64,000 nt of DNA from NCBI GenBank assembly GCA_040771865.1, contig JAXGZF010000005.1, positions 310,001 to 374,000 of the forward strand, written 5' to 3'. A program made the position numbers and the translations under genes. Of this stretch, positions 1 through 9,839 are shown piece after piece (position 1 is the first letter of the stretch; each line of letters opens with the position of its first letter). Source of the stretch: Desulfobacterales bacterium. Lineage in GTDB: Bacteria > Desulfobacterota > Desulfobacteria > Desulfobacterales > UBA2245. Below the pieces are notes generated by a model, which searched no databases, had not been told where the DNA came from, and was given only the letters and a program-made list of their open reading frames with translations.

Positions 1-920
1 TCGTATTCAAAGGTAGTAACCACAGGTCCGGGAATCACCGCAGCAACCTTACCTTGAACGCCGAAATCTTCCAGCTTTTTTTCCAGCAGCCTGGACTTCA
101 TTCGCAGGTTCTCGTCGTCGGCCGTTGTTTGAACCGGTTCGGACATTTCCAGAAAGGCAACTGAAGGCAACTGCAATCCATCTTTGCCCGTTTCCTTCAT
201 GAAAGGGAACACTTCCTGTTTGGGGACCGGAATATCTTTGATGGGCTTTAGCTCCGGTGCTTTTATGGTGATCCGGGACTCTTTTGCGCTGGAGGTTGAT
301 TTTTGCTTTTTTTCTTCGAACTGCTTCCGCGTTCTTTGTTTGCGTTTTTTCCAGATCTGAGCCAAATGATTGAGCTTGTCCGGCGCCTGAGCTGTGGATT
401 CCGATATGCGCCTGAGAAACTGCATCAGGGAAAAGCCGGTGGCCAGAATCAGGCCGATAATCCAGACAACGATCATGATCATCGTACCGCCGGCCACGTT
501 GGCGTATTTGGCAAGGAGGGATTTTAACGGAAGACCGACAAGACCGCCCGAGGTGAACCGGATACCGAAAATGACATAGTGATCCTGCTGAAAGGCCAGC
601 AGACTTCCGGTGCTGATAATCAACAGCATGCCTCCGCCTGCGGTCAGCCAGATGGCGCGAGCCGGATGATCTCCGAAAATGTGAAGGCAGATGAGTAACA
701 GCAGTATGGGAATCCAGAAGGCGCCCAAGCCGAAAAGACCGATCAGCAGTCCTGAAATGTAGGCGCCGACCACGCCGAACAGATTGTGCACTTTTTGACC
801 TGCGCTGACATGCAGAAAGGAGGGGTCTTCCGGGCTGTATGAAAGCAGGCTGATCAGACAGAAAATAACCAGAAAGAAAACAACGATGCCGATAATTTCT
901 TTGCGCATGTTTTTGGGCAT
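1..920 (-). CDS. ftsK: DNA translocase FtsK/SpoIIIE, N-terminal part (runs off the window edge)
   Basis: Hand translation from ATG 920 (or 908) gives MRKEIIGIVVFFLVIFCLISLLSYSPEDPSF..., a 4TM region with the HNLFGVVGAY motif. It continues to LEKKLEDFGVQGKVAAVIPGPVVTTFEY, the FtsK alpha domain. Absent from the ORF track because no stop lies in the window. Confidence 0.93.
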   Translation of the reverse strand, partial: MPKNMRKEIIGIVVFFLVIFCLISLLSYSPEDPSFLHVSAGQKVHNLFGVVGAYISGLLIGLFGLGAFWIPILLLLICLHIFGDHPARAIWLTAGGGMLLIISTGSLLAFQQDHYVIFGIRFTSGGLVGLPLKSLLAKYANVAGGTMIMIVVWIIGLILATGFSLMQFLRRISESTAQAPDKLNHLAQIWKKRKQRTRKQFEEKKQKSTSSAKESRITIKAPELKPIKDIPVPKQEVFPFMKETGKDGLQLPSVAFLEMSEPVQTTADDENLRMKSRLLEKKLEDFGVQGKVAAVIPGPVVTTFEY

Positions 921-962
921 AATCAAACTGTTTTTCGGGTTCGGTTTACTCAGCGTTCCGTC

Positions 963-2612
963 TTATACCTCCAGAATGAACGGCAGAATTACCGGCCGGC
1001 GGCGGATGGCAAAATAAAAATATTTTTTCAGAACCGTTTGCATAGCGGCTCGGATTTTTTCAATCCGGTCCGGAACGTCGGGATCTGTTTTGCCGACGAT
1101 TTCCAGAATTACCTGCTTGGCGTCTTCCAGAAGATGTCCGGTCTCGCTTTCAAAGACAAAACCGCGGGAGACGATCTCCGGACCGTATACCACAATTCCG
1201 GTTTCACGGTCAAAAGCCATGTTGACCACCACGAGGCCGTCTTGTGATAATACGTGGCGTTCCTTTAAAACGCTTTTCCCCACATCTCCGACGCCTTTAC
1301 CGTCGACCAGTATGCGGCCGGTTGACACGCTGTCCTGAATCCTTCCCCCAGCCTCGTCAAATTCAATCACCTGGCCGTCCTCGGCCAACAGAATTTTTTC
1401 GGGGGGTATGCCCACCTGACCGGCCAGACGGCTGTGAAGCAGCAGGTGCCGGTATTCTCCGTGAATGGGAATAAAATACCGGGGCCGGGTCAGGTGAATC
1501 ATCATCTTGAGTTCTTCCCGGAACGCATGGCCGGAAACATGAATCGCGGAGATTTTTTCATAAATGACGTCGGCGCCAAGCTTGTAAAGCTTGTTGATGA
1601 TGTTTGCAATGGCCTTTTCGTTTCCAGGAATGAATTTGGACGAAAGGACCACCGTGTCGCCGGACTGGATCTTGATCCGCTTGTGGTGTCCCATTGCCAT
1701 GCGCACCAAAGCGGACATCGGTTCCCCCTGGCTGCCGGTGGTGATGATGACGATGCGTTCTTCCGGGAAATTTTTGACCTGGTCGATATCGATTTCCATC
1801 CCTTCCGGAATCTGCAGATAGCCCAGGGATCTGGCGATGCTGACGCTGATTTCAATGCTGCGTCCGTTGAAGATCACCTTGCTTCCGGTTTTTTGCGCGA
1901 TCTGAATGATCTGCTGAATCCGGGCGATGTTTGAGGCGAAGAGGGCGACGATCACCCGGCCCGCGCTGTTGTCGATGATGTTTTCAAAGGTTTCGCCGAT
2001 CTGCTTGTCCGAGATGGTATAGCCTTCTTTCTCCACGTTTGTGGAATCCGACATGAGGGCCAGAACCCCTTTTTCTCCGGCCCGGGCGAATTTGCTCACA
2101 TCGGTGAGCATGCCGTCGATGGACGTATGGTTGATCTTGAAATCTCCGGTATGCACGATCAGTCCCAGAGGCGTGTGAATGATGATGCCGACTCCGTCCG
2201 GCACGCTGTGACACACTCGAATGAATTCCAAATCAAACACGCCCAGCTTCAGGCTTTTCTGAGGGGATATCTCGAAAAGCCGGGTCTGAGCCAGTAGTTC
2301 ATGCTCTTCGAGCTTGTGGCGGACCATTCCCAGGGTGAACGCCGTGCCGTAGACCGGAACCTGAATATCCCGCAGCAGATATGGCAGGGCGCCGATGTGA
2401 TCCTCGTGGGCGTGGGTTAAAATCACTCCGGCGATTCGGTGCCGGTTTTCCCGAAGGTATTCCATGTCCGGAATGACGAAGTCCACGCCCAGCATGTAAT
2501 CTTCGGGAAACATCAGGCCCGCGTCGATCACGAGAATGCTGTCCCGGTATTCGACGACCATCATGTTCAGGCCGATTTCGCCCATTCCACCCAGGGGGAT
2601 GATCTTCAGCAT
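963..2612 (-). CDS. rnj: Ribonuclease J
   Basis: PLGGMGEIGLNM, THAHEDHIG, HTGDFK, TGSQGEP, HVSGHA and PIHGEYRH motifs. Confidence 0.97.
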   Translation of the reverse strand: MLKIIPLGGMGEIGLNMMVVEYRDSILVIDAGLMFPEDYMLGVDFVIPDMEYLRENRHRIAGVILTHAHEDHIGALPYLLRDIQVPVYGTAFTLGMVRHKLEEHELLAQTRLFEISPQKSLKLGVFDLEFIRVCHSVPDGVGIIIHTPLGLIVHTGDFKINHTSIDGMLTDVSKFARAGEKGVLALMSDSTNVEKEGYTISDKQIGETFENIIDNSAGRVIVALFASNIARIQQIIQIAQKTGSKVIFNGRSIEISVSIARSLGYLQIPEGMEIDIDQVKNFPEERIVIITTGSQGEPMSALVRMAMGHHKRIKIQSGDTVVLSSKFIPGNEKAIANIINKLYKLGADVIYEKISAIHVSGHAFREELKMMIHLTRPRYFIPIHGEYRHLLLHSRLAGQVGIPPEKILLAEDGQVIEFDEAGGRIQDSVSTGRILVDGKGVGDVGKSVLKERHVLSQDGLVVVNMAFDRETGIVVYGPEIVSRGFVFESETGHLLEDAKQVILEIVGKTDPDVPDRIEKIRAAMQTVLKKYFYFAIRRRPVILPFILEV

Positions 2613-3331
2613 GCTGGCCGCTCCCTGTCGTATTTTTCAAATCCCTCCCGAATCGTTTTTTCAATGCGCGCTTGAAGCAAGTCCTTGTTTTTTCGGGTAA
2701 ACTCCGAGGCGTTCACCGGAGGAAATATCTCCACGTAAACAGGTCCGGGCCGGATCATGAGCCGCTTTTTCGACATGATCGGCCATGTGCCGTGAATGAC
2801 GATGGGAACCACCGGAACGCCCGCGTCCACAGCCAGAATGAACCCGCCCTTTTTAAAGGGCTGAATGCGTCCATCGAGGCTTCGCGTCCCTTCGGGGAAA
2901 ATGCTGACAGAGGTTCCCGACCGAATGATGGATGCGGCTTGTCTCAGGCTGTCAATGGCGGCCCTTCGGTTCGACCGGTCGATGCTGATATAGCCCGAAC
3001 GCTTAATGGCCAGCCCGAAGATCGGTATCCTGAAGAGTTCGGCTTTGGCGAGCCACCGGAAAGATGCGCCCAGGTGGGCGATCAGAATCGGAATGTCGAA
3101 ATTGCTCTGATGATTGGCCATGAAGATGTACGGACGGCCGGACCGGATATGGGACAGCCCGCGGACGTTCACCTTGATGCCTGTGGGGAAAAGCAGAGTT
3201 CTGGCCCAGAGCCGCGCCACACGGAATGCCCATTCCCCGCTGGAATCCAGAAATGAGGCGAAAATGGCCGCCATGCTGAAAAAAACGGTGACCGCCAGGG
3301 ACCATAGATTGATAAAGAGGCTTCGTAACAT
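2606..3331 (-). CDS. plsC: 1-acyl-sn-glycerol-3-phosphate acyltransferase
   Basis: NHQSNFD (HX4D) and FPEGTRS motifs. Start trimmed to ATG 3331; the gene overlaps the rnj start. Confidence 0.93.
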   Translation of the reverse strand: MLRSLFINLWSLAVTVFFSMAAIFASFLDSSGEWAFRVARLWARTLLFPTGIKVNVRGLSHIRSGRPYIFMANHQSNFDIPILIAHLGASFRWLAKAELFRIPIFGLAIKRSGYISIDRSNRRAAIDSLRQAASIIRSGTSVSIFPEGTRSLDGRIQPFKKGGFILAVDAGVPVVPIVIHGTWPIMSKKRLMIRPGPVYVEIFPPVNASEFTRKNKDLLQARIEKTIREGFEKYDRERPAC

Positions 3332-3354
3332 GGCGTTATCCTGAGACTTCAGGC

Positions 3355-3687
3355 CTATGTGATGAGTCCGAGTTCTTCCATCAAACGGTCGGCAAGCTGC
3401 ATCAGCCAATCCCGCTGAAATTTCGTGGCATAGGCAATGCAGCTGCACCGAATACGGTTCTGGGAGCGGACCAGAAATTCAAAGGAGATCCGGTCATGCT
3501 CCAGATCGACGGCGAAGTAATGCGGCCGGCATTCCGTATGAGACGCCTGCGCCTCTGAGAGCAGATCGTCCGGAATCGGTATCCAGTAGATTCCGCCCAT
3601 GCGGCACGGGCCGTAGCGCTCGTTCAGACACGCTCTGAGCGTCTCGCAATCCTTGGGCCTGATTTCATCGATGACGTAATGTTTCAT
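3355..3687 (-). CDS. Hypothetical protein (110 aa, Cys/His-containing)
   Basis: MKHYVIDEIR... co-oriented with and just upstream of plsC; normal codon style. Confidence 0.75.
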   Translation of the reverse strand: MKHYVIDEIRPKDCETLRACLNERYGPCRMGGIYWIPIPDDLLSEAQASHTECRPHYFAVDLEHDRISFEFLVRSQNRIRCSCIAYATKFQRDWLMQLADRLMEELGLIT

Positions 3688-3719
3688 GGAAAGGAAACCT
3701 ATCACAGTCCTGAAAGAGT

Positions 3720-3735
3720 TACAAGCGATATGCCA
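3720..3735 (-). promoter_or_regulatory. Possible sigma54 (-24/-12) promoter for the hyp-plsC-rnj-ftsK run
   Basis: Minus strand TGGCATATCGCTTGTA is GG-N10-GT (the -12 deviates from GC), about 35 nt upstream of ATG 3687. Confidence 0.3.
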
Positions 3736-3841
3736 TATCCGATTTGATCCGAAAATCAATAGGATGAATTCGAATATTGCTGCTTTATCTTGCCGGGAGC
3801 GGATTCGGAGCGCTCAATCTTTTATCCTTCGCCCGTATGCA

Positions 3842-3939
3842 AGGACTCAGGATTAAGGGATAAGGTGAGCTCAAAGCCCAAAGGGGAAAGGGATGAGGAC
3901 TCAGGGCTGCGAATCCAAGATCCAGAACTCCGAACCCAA
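3842..3939 (+). repeat. Degenerate 7-nt periodic tract
   Basis: AGGACTC AGGATTA AGGGATA ... AGCTCAA AGCCCAA AGGGGAA AGGGATG AGGACTC AGGGCTG ... AATCCAA GATCCAG AACTCCG AACCCAA. Confidence 0.7.
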
Positions 3940-4075
3940 ATTAAGCATGCGTTCAAGGGTGCGTGTCGTCGGAGCAGCTTTGCGATTTTCTCACCCGACT
4001 CATGCATGGCGCCCAAAAGCCTGTTTTTTATTAGCTGTGGTTGTTTTTTTCGTCTCAAATGGTGTAAATCAAAAT

Positions 4076-5406
4076 CATTGGCGTCCGGTTAAGATCCAAA
4101 TAAATTCAATTGGATAGGCCAAGCAGTAATTTTGTTTTTGCAACGTTCATCCGTAAACACGCATGAAATAAGGGTTTTCTCAAAAAGAGCAATGCTTAAA
4201 ATCTGTAATATTGTGTAGAGGCTCTGATCCAGGTTCAACTTCTTTTTCATGATGGCAACCATCAGATACACAGAAATTGCGATCCAGATTTGGGTCTTGA
4301 CGGCCGTTTCCGACGTTCCGAAAAATGATTTGATCCGCAGATGCTGCTTGATCCATTTGAAGAACAGTTCAACTTGCCAGCGATGCTCGTACAGGTCGGC
4401 TATGGTTTTAGCTTCCAGTGCAAAATGATTGGTTAGAAACGTCAGGCGTTTTCCGGTTTCACGGTCATGATACTTTATTCGTCTCAATTTATCGGGATAT
4501 GCATCCGCCGAAATTTCTCTGGCCGGTCGAACGATTTGATCGCATATTACCCCGGTTGATTGATCAACCTCGGACGAATATAGTCGCCGCAATTGGGTAT
4601 TGGTTTTGGATCTCAGGATGAAGAAGGACAAGCGCTGATGCATGGCGTAAAGCCTCTGAAAATCGAGATAGGCTCGATCCATCACATATATCGATCCTGG
4701 TTCCGAAACCAGTTCATCAAGGATGTTGACGTCATGAACTTTGGCGTCGGTAATCGAAATGAATGATGGGATGTTGCCTCTCAAGTCAAGCAACGTGTGG
4801 AGTTTTATTCCGCTTTTGGTTGACCTGAAATGCGCCCAGGGGAAGAGCGATCGGCATAGATCAATGGTAGAGGCGTCCAATGCATAGACCGTCTGATCGA
4901 GTTGAAGGCCGAAGTCGTCATCGGCATAAAGTCTGCGCGCTTGATCAATCAACACTTGAGCGAAGTCGGAATAAATGCGCCAGTCGCGCTTTTCGTTTGC
5001 GTCGGCAAGCGTGCTTCTGGAAACCTTGGTCTGGATGCCGACATGGTGAAGTTTGTCTTGCATAGCTCGCAAACACGTAACCGTATCTCGGAGACTTTCG
5101 CGATATGTCAGCTGCGCAAATGCCATACAGACAAACTGCTGATAGCAGGGGAAGGATCGAATGCGGCAATTCCCCTGATAACGATCAACGCATCTGCGGA
5201 AACTCTTACGAGGCATGAAGTCCAAAACCTGTGAAAACACCGTGCGCCCTTGATACATGGCCAGCTCCCTTCGCTAACGTTCTATGCGAAGGGGTGTGCC
5301 GGCCTAATTCTCGAAATTCAAGAGGGTTCCCGCTGTTTTTTGTTAATATTGGCTTATATATCATTTGGTTAACGCAATTTTCGATGAGCTTAACCGGACA
5401 CTAGTG
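4076..5406 (-). mobile_element. Complete IS4-family insertion sequence (1331 bp)
   Basis: Terminal inverted repeats CATTGGCGTCCGGTTAAG and revcomp CACTAGTGTCCGGTTAAG match 15/18. Flanked by a perfect 9-bp direct repeat AATCAAAAT (4067-4075 and 5407-5415). Confidence 0.95.
4089..5258 (-). CDS. IS4-family DDE transposase
   Basis: LDASTI, GIKLHTLLD, MDRAY and YEHRWQVELFFKWIKQ (YREK-like) motifs, with a DUF4372-type N-terminus. Confidence 0.96.
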   Translation of the reverse strand: MYQGRTVFSQVLDFMPRKSFRRCVDRYQGNCRIRSFPCYQQFVCMAFAQLTYRESLRDTVTCLRAMQDKLHHVGIQTKVSRSTLADANEKRDWRIYSDFAQVLIDQARRLYADDDFGLQLDQTVYALDASTIDLCRSLFPWAHFRSTKSGIKLHTLLDLRGNIPSFISITDAKVHDVNILDELVSEPGSIYVMDRAYLDFQRLYAMHQRLSFFILRSKTNTQLRRLYSSEVDQSTGVICDQIVRPAREISADAYPDKLRRIKYHDRETGKRLTFLTNHFALEAKTIADLYEHRWQVELFFKWIKQHLRIKSFFGTSETAVKTQIWIAISVYLMVAIMKKKLNLDQSLYTILQILSIALFEKTLISCVFTDERCKNKITAWPIQLNLFGS

Positions 5407-5626
5407 AATCAAAATATTATTTATTTTGGTACTACATAGGGATCGTGTGAACAATCGGGCATCTAAATTTTGGTGGGAGAGTTGATCTGGAAATGCTGGA
5501 CAGCGACGTCAGCGGGAGACATGCGGTATAAAGAACTCAGGGAAGTATCTCACATATCGATTCCTGTTTCGTGTTCGAAGAGCACAGACCACCTGTGTTG
5601 ATGATCCGGTTGAAAACGCGCTGCGG

Positions 5627-6451
5627 TTATCCCTCGAAGGTTCTGCAAAAGTTGACCAGCCGGCCGATGCCCTCGATTTCGACGATCACCTCGTCTCCGT
5701 CCTTCAGGTAAATTCGAGGGTTGCGGAAAACCCCCACGCCGGACGGCGTTCCGGTCAGAATCAGGTCGCCGGGCATCAGGGTGAAGTGACGTGACAGAAA
5801 ACTCACCAGAAAGGGAACCTTGAAGAACATCTCTCCGGTATGGCTGTCCTGAAGGGTTTGGCCGTTGAGATGGCAGTAGATCTTAAGATCGTGAGGGTCC
5901 GGAATCTCATCTTTCGTCACGATCCACGGACCCAGCGGGCAGAAGGTGTCCAAGGATTTGCCCCGGACCCACTGTTTGTCTCCGAACTGCAGGTCCCGGG
6001 CGCTGACGTCATTGGCGCAGGCATAGCCGAACACAGTGTCCATGGCCTGAGCTTCCGGAATGCAGCAGGCCTTCTTTCCGATCACCACGGCCAGCTCGGC
6101 CTCGTAGTCCACCTTCTTCGTGATGCTCAGATTCCAGGAGACGGTCTGGCCCGAACCGATCAGGCTGTTGGGAAACTTGGCGAAGATCAGGGGCGCCTCC
6201 GGAACCTGGGCCTTGCCTTCCACGGCATGATCCGGGTAGTTGAGCCCCAGCGCGATGATTTTGGTCGGGCGGGTCACCGGAGCGGCCAGCCGCACCCGGT
6301 CCATGGGGATCGAATCTCCCGAAGGCGAGACTTCCGGCTTCCGAAGGATGAAATCGATCATGTCGCCGTCAAACTTGATTGGAACCAGGACGTTTTCCTC
6401 AACGATTCCCAGGCGAATCCGGTTGATGTCAAAATACTGGGCGATTTTCAT
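5627..6451 (-). CDS. Fumarylacetoacetate hydrolase family protein
   Basis: GLNYPDHA, DYEAELAVVIG, NDVSARD, GKSLDTFCPLGP and LTGTPSGVG motifs. Confidence 0.95.
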   Translation of the reverse strand: MKIAQYFDINRIRLGIVEENVLVPIKFDGDMIDFILRKPEVSPSGDSIPMDRVRLAAPVTRPTKIIALGLNYPDHAVEGKAQVPEAPLIFAKFPNSLIGSGQTVSWNLSITKKVDYEAELAVVIGKKACCIPEAQAMDTVFGYACANDVSARDLQFGDKQWVRGKSLDTFCPLGPWIVTKDEIPDPHDLKIYCHLNGQTLQDSHTGEMFFKVPFLVSFLSRHFTLMPGDLILTGTPSGVGVFRNPRIYLKDGDEVIVEIEGIGRLVNFCRTFEG

Positions 6452-6468
6452 GGGCGTTGCCTTCCTTG

Positions 6469-7668
6469 TCAGCAGGCGAATTTACCGTTTTCATAGATGG
6501 TTACCGTTCTGCCCGAGACCAGCCTGGCGCTGACACGCTTGGGCTCGGTGTTGACCAGGTCCCAGTGCAGGGCCGAGTCGTTGAAGCCCAGCGACTTTTT
6601 GGTTTCCGGGGTCAGCTCTTTCGGGTCTCCGGCATAGGTGTCCGAATACGAGGCGCCGACGGCCACATGGCAGTTTCCGTGTGTGCCGCCGAAATTTTCA
6701 TCGTACAGGGTGTTGGCCATGAACCGGTCGATTCTTGAGAACCGGATGTCGGTGAGGGAAAACTCTCCCAGCTTGTTGGCGCCCCTGTCCATGGCCAGCT
6801 GGGTCTTGAGAAATTTTCCGCCGGTCATAGCTTCGGCCGAAACCACGGTGCCTTTTTTGAATTCCAGCCTTACCTTTTCCACGTAATTGCCGTTGCGGAA
6901 TGAGGGCTGGTCGGCGAAGTAAATCCCCTCGGTTCCCCGCCAGTCCGGAGAAATGAACAGCTCGAAGCTGGGAATATTATGACCCGAGATGCCGATCCAC
7001 CGGCGCTTTTCTCCCGGCGTGATCACCAGATCCGTGCTTTTGGATTCCACCCGGTAGGACTGAATCTTCATGCGGTTGAGCCATTTTTTAATGGCCCCGG
7101 CGTTTTTATGAATCCCCTTCCACTGAGCCACGGGGTTCTCGCTGTCCAGAAAGCAGGCCCGAACGATCTGTTCGGCATATTCCTTCAGGCTCATTCGGGC
7201 ATGACGGGCCAGTTCCTCGGTGGGGCTCATGCAAAGGGTCCATCCGTAAATCCCCTCTTCTTCGCGCCGGGTCAGAATATCCCGCAGGGGTTTGCGTGAG
7301 ATCAGGGCCCGGGCGATTTTTTTCGGATCCACATCGGCCAGATGGGTGATCGATTCGGGCCCCAGCAGGTGAATGCTGGCGTTGAGGCTGTGGAAAAGTT
7401 CTTTCTGACCCGGAGGGTGAAATTCCAGCTGCCGGGCGCTGGCGTGTTCGTAGAAGCTTTTTTCCATCCGTTTTCCGGCATTGATCCGTTGAACCGGATG
7501 CATGCCGGCGTCCAGAATTTTTTCAAACAGCCTTTCGCAGAGCCCGAGGGCGGAAAGATCGTATTGAATCAGAACAATGTCGTTTTTGTTGTATTTCCGG
7601 GTCCGGGCGGTCCGGATTCCCCACAGGAGCACGTCCGCATAGCGGTCCAGCTGTTGATCGTTGAGCAT
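6469..7668 (-). CDS. M29-family aminopeptidase (AmpS/PepS-like)
   Basis: NIPSFELF, GEFSL, NTLYDEN, HVAVGASY and SALHWDLV motifs. Confidence 0.93.
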   Translation of the reverse strand: MLNDQQLDRYADVLLWGIRTARTRKYNKNDIVLIQYDLSALGLCERLFEKILDAGMHPVQRINAGKRMEKSFYEHASARQLEFHPPGQKELFHSLNASIHLLGPESITHLADVDPKKIARALISRKPLRDILTRREEEGIYGWTLCMSPTEELARHARMSLKEYAEQIVRACFLDSENPVAQWKGIHKNAGAIKKWLNRMKIQSYRVESKSTDLVITPGEKRRWIGISGHNIPSFELFISPDWRGTEGIYFADQPSFRNGNYVEKVRLEFKKGTVVSAEAMTGGKFLKTQLAMDRGANKLGEFSLTDIRFSRIDRFMANTLYDENFGGTHGNCHVAVGASYSDTYAGDPKELTPETKKSLGFNDSALHWDLVNTEPKRVSARLVSGRTVTIYENGKFAC

Positions 7669-7678
7669 CGTTCCTCCT

Positions 7679-7954
7679 TCAGCCTTCTGCTTCCTTCAAA
7701 AACAGCCGGTGGTACTCGGCCTCGCTCAGGTGATTTTGCAGAAGTTCGGATATCAGGTTGAAGATTCGGGAAAGCTCGGGGTCCGAAAGCTTTTCCAGCA
7801 GATGATCCATCAGCGCGTCATCGGAGAATTTCTGAAGATAATACCGGACGCAGGCCTCATCGGTTCTGCGGTCCCATCCAAAGGCCACGGGTCCGGAGTA
7901 GGTCTCCACAAACTCGTGGCGATGTTTTTTTGCACAGGGCGGTTGACTTTTCAT
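7679..7954 (-). CDS. Small hypothetical protein
   Basis: 91-aa ORF whose 3' end abuts the aminopeptidase RBS (GAAGGAGGAA); ends ...HLSEAEYHRLFLKE. Confidence 0.75.
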   Translation of the reverse strand: MKSQPPCAKKHRHEFVETYSGPVAFGWDRRTDEACVRYYLQKFSDDALMDHLLEKLSDPELSRIFNLISELLQNHLSEAEYHRLFLKEAEG

Positions 7955-8081
7955 GGCAATCTATTTCATGCTGACAAAAATTTCAGTCAGCATACTTGAA
8001 AAGACGGCGGCGGTCAACGAATTCGGCCGTCTTCTCAAATTCCTGAGCCCTGAACGGCGCAAGGTTTCTGAAAGGAGAAAA

Positions 8082-8996
8082 ATGCGGCATCCGGTGATCG
8101 ATATGCTGAATATCGGCGGCGGGCTGAAAATGCGATACGGCATATGGCCATTTCCCGGTGCCGAGTGCCGGGGCAGCGTTCTGCTGCTCAACGGGCGCGC
8201 CGAATTTCTGGAAAAGCATCTGGAAACCGTATGCGATCTGATGGAACAGGGATTTGACGTTTACAGCCTGGACTGGCGCGGTCAGGGGCTGTCTTCCCGC
8301 ATGCTGAAAAACCCCCACAAGGGGCATGTGGCCTGCTTTGAAGATTATATTCATGACCTGGAGCTTTTCGTCCGGACCGTGATGGGGACGGCAACCTGTC
8401 CCCGGACGATTCTGGCCCATTCCATGGGCGCGCATATCGCGCTTCGCTTCATTCGGAAGCATGACGGCTTTGCGGACCGGGCCGTGCTGGTTTCCGCCAT
8501 GTGTGACATACGTACCTTTCCCCTTCCGGGGGTCCTGGCACGCCGGATTGTGAAATGGGCGGCGCACAGTGGTCGAAAGGACCGTTATCTTCCGGGAGAC
8601 GGCGATTACCGGAAGAAACCTTATTTTGCCAATCCCTACACCTCGGATCCGGTCCGGTTTCAGGATGAACACCGCGCCATTGCTCTGAATCCCGCCCTGG
8701 CCCTGGGCGGTCCGACCTGCGGCTGGGCGGCGGCGGCTTTTGACTCCATCGATCAATTGCAGACCCCCGGATTTGCCGAAGCGGTCCACACGCCGGTTTT
8801 GATGATTGCAGGACTGAAAGATCGGGTGGTCCGGCTCGATGCCATGAAGGAGATTTCCCGCAAGCTGCCCTTGAGCCGGCTTCTGGTGATCGAGAACGCG
8901 CGGCACGAGATTCTCAAAGAAACGGATGCGGTTCGAAAGCGGTTCTGGGAAGCGTTTGACCGGTTCTGTAGGAAAGGGCTGAGGGATGAAACCTGA
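8082..8996 (+). CDS. Alpha/beta hydrolase, lysophospholipase L2 (PldB)-like
   Basis: DWRGQGLS, AHSMG nucleophile elbow and ARHEIL. RBS AGGAG before ATG 8082. Confidence 0.9.
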   Translation: MRHPVIDMLNIGGGLKMRYGIWPFPGAECRGSVLLLNGRAEFLEKHLETVCDLMEQGFDVYSLDWRGQGLSSRMLKNPHKGHVACFEDYIHDLELFVRTVMGTATCPRTILAHSMGAHIALRFIRKHDGFADRAVLVSAMCDIRTFPLPGVLARRIVKWAAHSGRKDRYLPGDGDYRKKPYFANPYTSDPVRFQDEHRAIALNPALALGGPTCGWAAAAFDSIDQLQTPGFAEAVHTPVLMIAGLKDRVVRLDAMKEISRKLPLSRLLVIENARHEILKETDAVRKRFWEAFDRFCRKGLRDET

Positions 8997-9032
8997 AACC
9001 TGAAAGAGAAGTGCTGAGGACTCAGAACTGAG
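8975..9032 (+). repeat. Degenerate 7-nt periodic tract overlapping the hydrolase stop codon
   Basis: AGGGCTG AGGGATG AAACCTG AAACCTG AAAGAGA AGTGCTG AGGACTC AGAACTG. Confidence 0.7.
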
Positions 9033-9140
9033 TCCAACGTTTCCCTTGATATATCCATGTGTTTTGTTCTATCTTGAAATTTAATGCCGAGGCGGTCTGC
9101 GCTGAGGGCCGGGGAAATGAATCTTATTGGGAGGTGCGCC

Positions 9141-9806
9141 ATGTCCTGGAATGATCCGGAAAAAGAAAATGAGATCGAGGGTGTCGATGTGGAGGATTTT
9201 TACGATACAGAAGGGTATTCGAGTTTAAAAAAGAAAAAAAAGGGCCTTTTCGGCCTGGGCGATGGTTTTCCGGGTTTGCCTGATAGGTTCGGCAAGTGGG
9301 CCGGCATCGGAGCGGCGCTGGTGGCGGTCATGATTCTGGTCATGGTCTTGGCCTCAAGGGATTCCAACACGGTCCGGATCGATCCGCAGCTCTACCAGCG
9401 AGCCGATGCCCTTCAGGCCCGGATTGAAAGCCTTGAGGATGCGGTTCAGAAAATCGATACCCTGGAACAGCAGGTGGCCGCCCTTCAGCAGTTTCAGCGA
9501 AGCGTCGATGTGCGGGAGTCTGATCTGGTCACGCGCTTGGATCAGCTCGCAAAGGACATGGACAGGTTGAGCAAAAGACCCGCTCCTCAGGTTGCCGCTC
9601 CAACGGTCGCCCCAGCGCAGTCCAAACCGGCTGCCGGCGCTCCGGCAGGCGCGGGCAAATATCATGTGGTGCAACAGGGCGAAAATCTCTTCCGCATCGG
9701 CCTGAAATACAACCTCAGCGTTCCGGAGATTCAGAAACTCAACAAGCTCGGCCCCAATGATCCAATTCATGTCGGCCAGAAACTTCTGGTTCAGCCCGCC
9801 AGATAG
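9141..9806 (+). CDS. Membrane-anchored coiled-coil protein with C-terminal LysM domain
   Basis: RBS GGAGG before ATG 9141, one TM helix, heptad region, Pro/Ala linker, then YHVVQQGENLFRIGLKYNLSVPEIQKLNKL...IHVGQKL. Confidence 0.92.
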   Translation: MSWNDPEKENEIEGVDVEDFYDTEGYSSLKKKKKGLFGLGDGFPGLPDRFGKWAGIGAALVAVMILVMVLASRDSNTVRIDPQLYQRADALQARIESLEDAVQKIDTLEQQVAALQQFQRSVDVRESDLVTRLDQLAKDMDRLSKRPAPQVAAPTVAPAQSKPAAGAPAGAGKYHVVQQGENLFRIGLKYNLSVPEIQKLNKLGPNDPIHVGQKLLVQPAR

Positions 9807-9839
9807 CAGGTAAAAAAATCAAACGGCCGGAAATCGCCG

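Noticed and set aside
3790..4117. Short ORFs spanning the heptamer tract
   Set aside because: Low-complexity translations of the repeat with no RBS or motifs.
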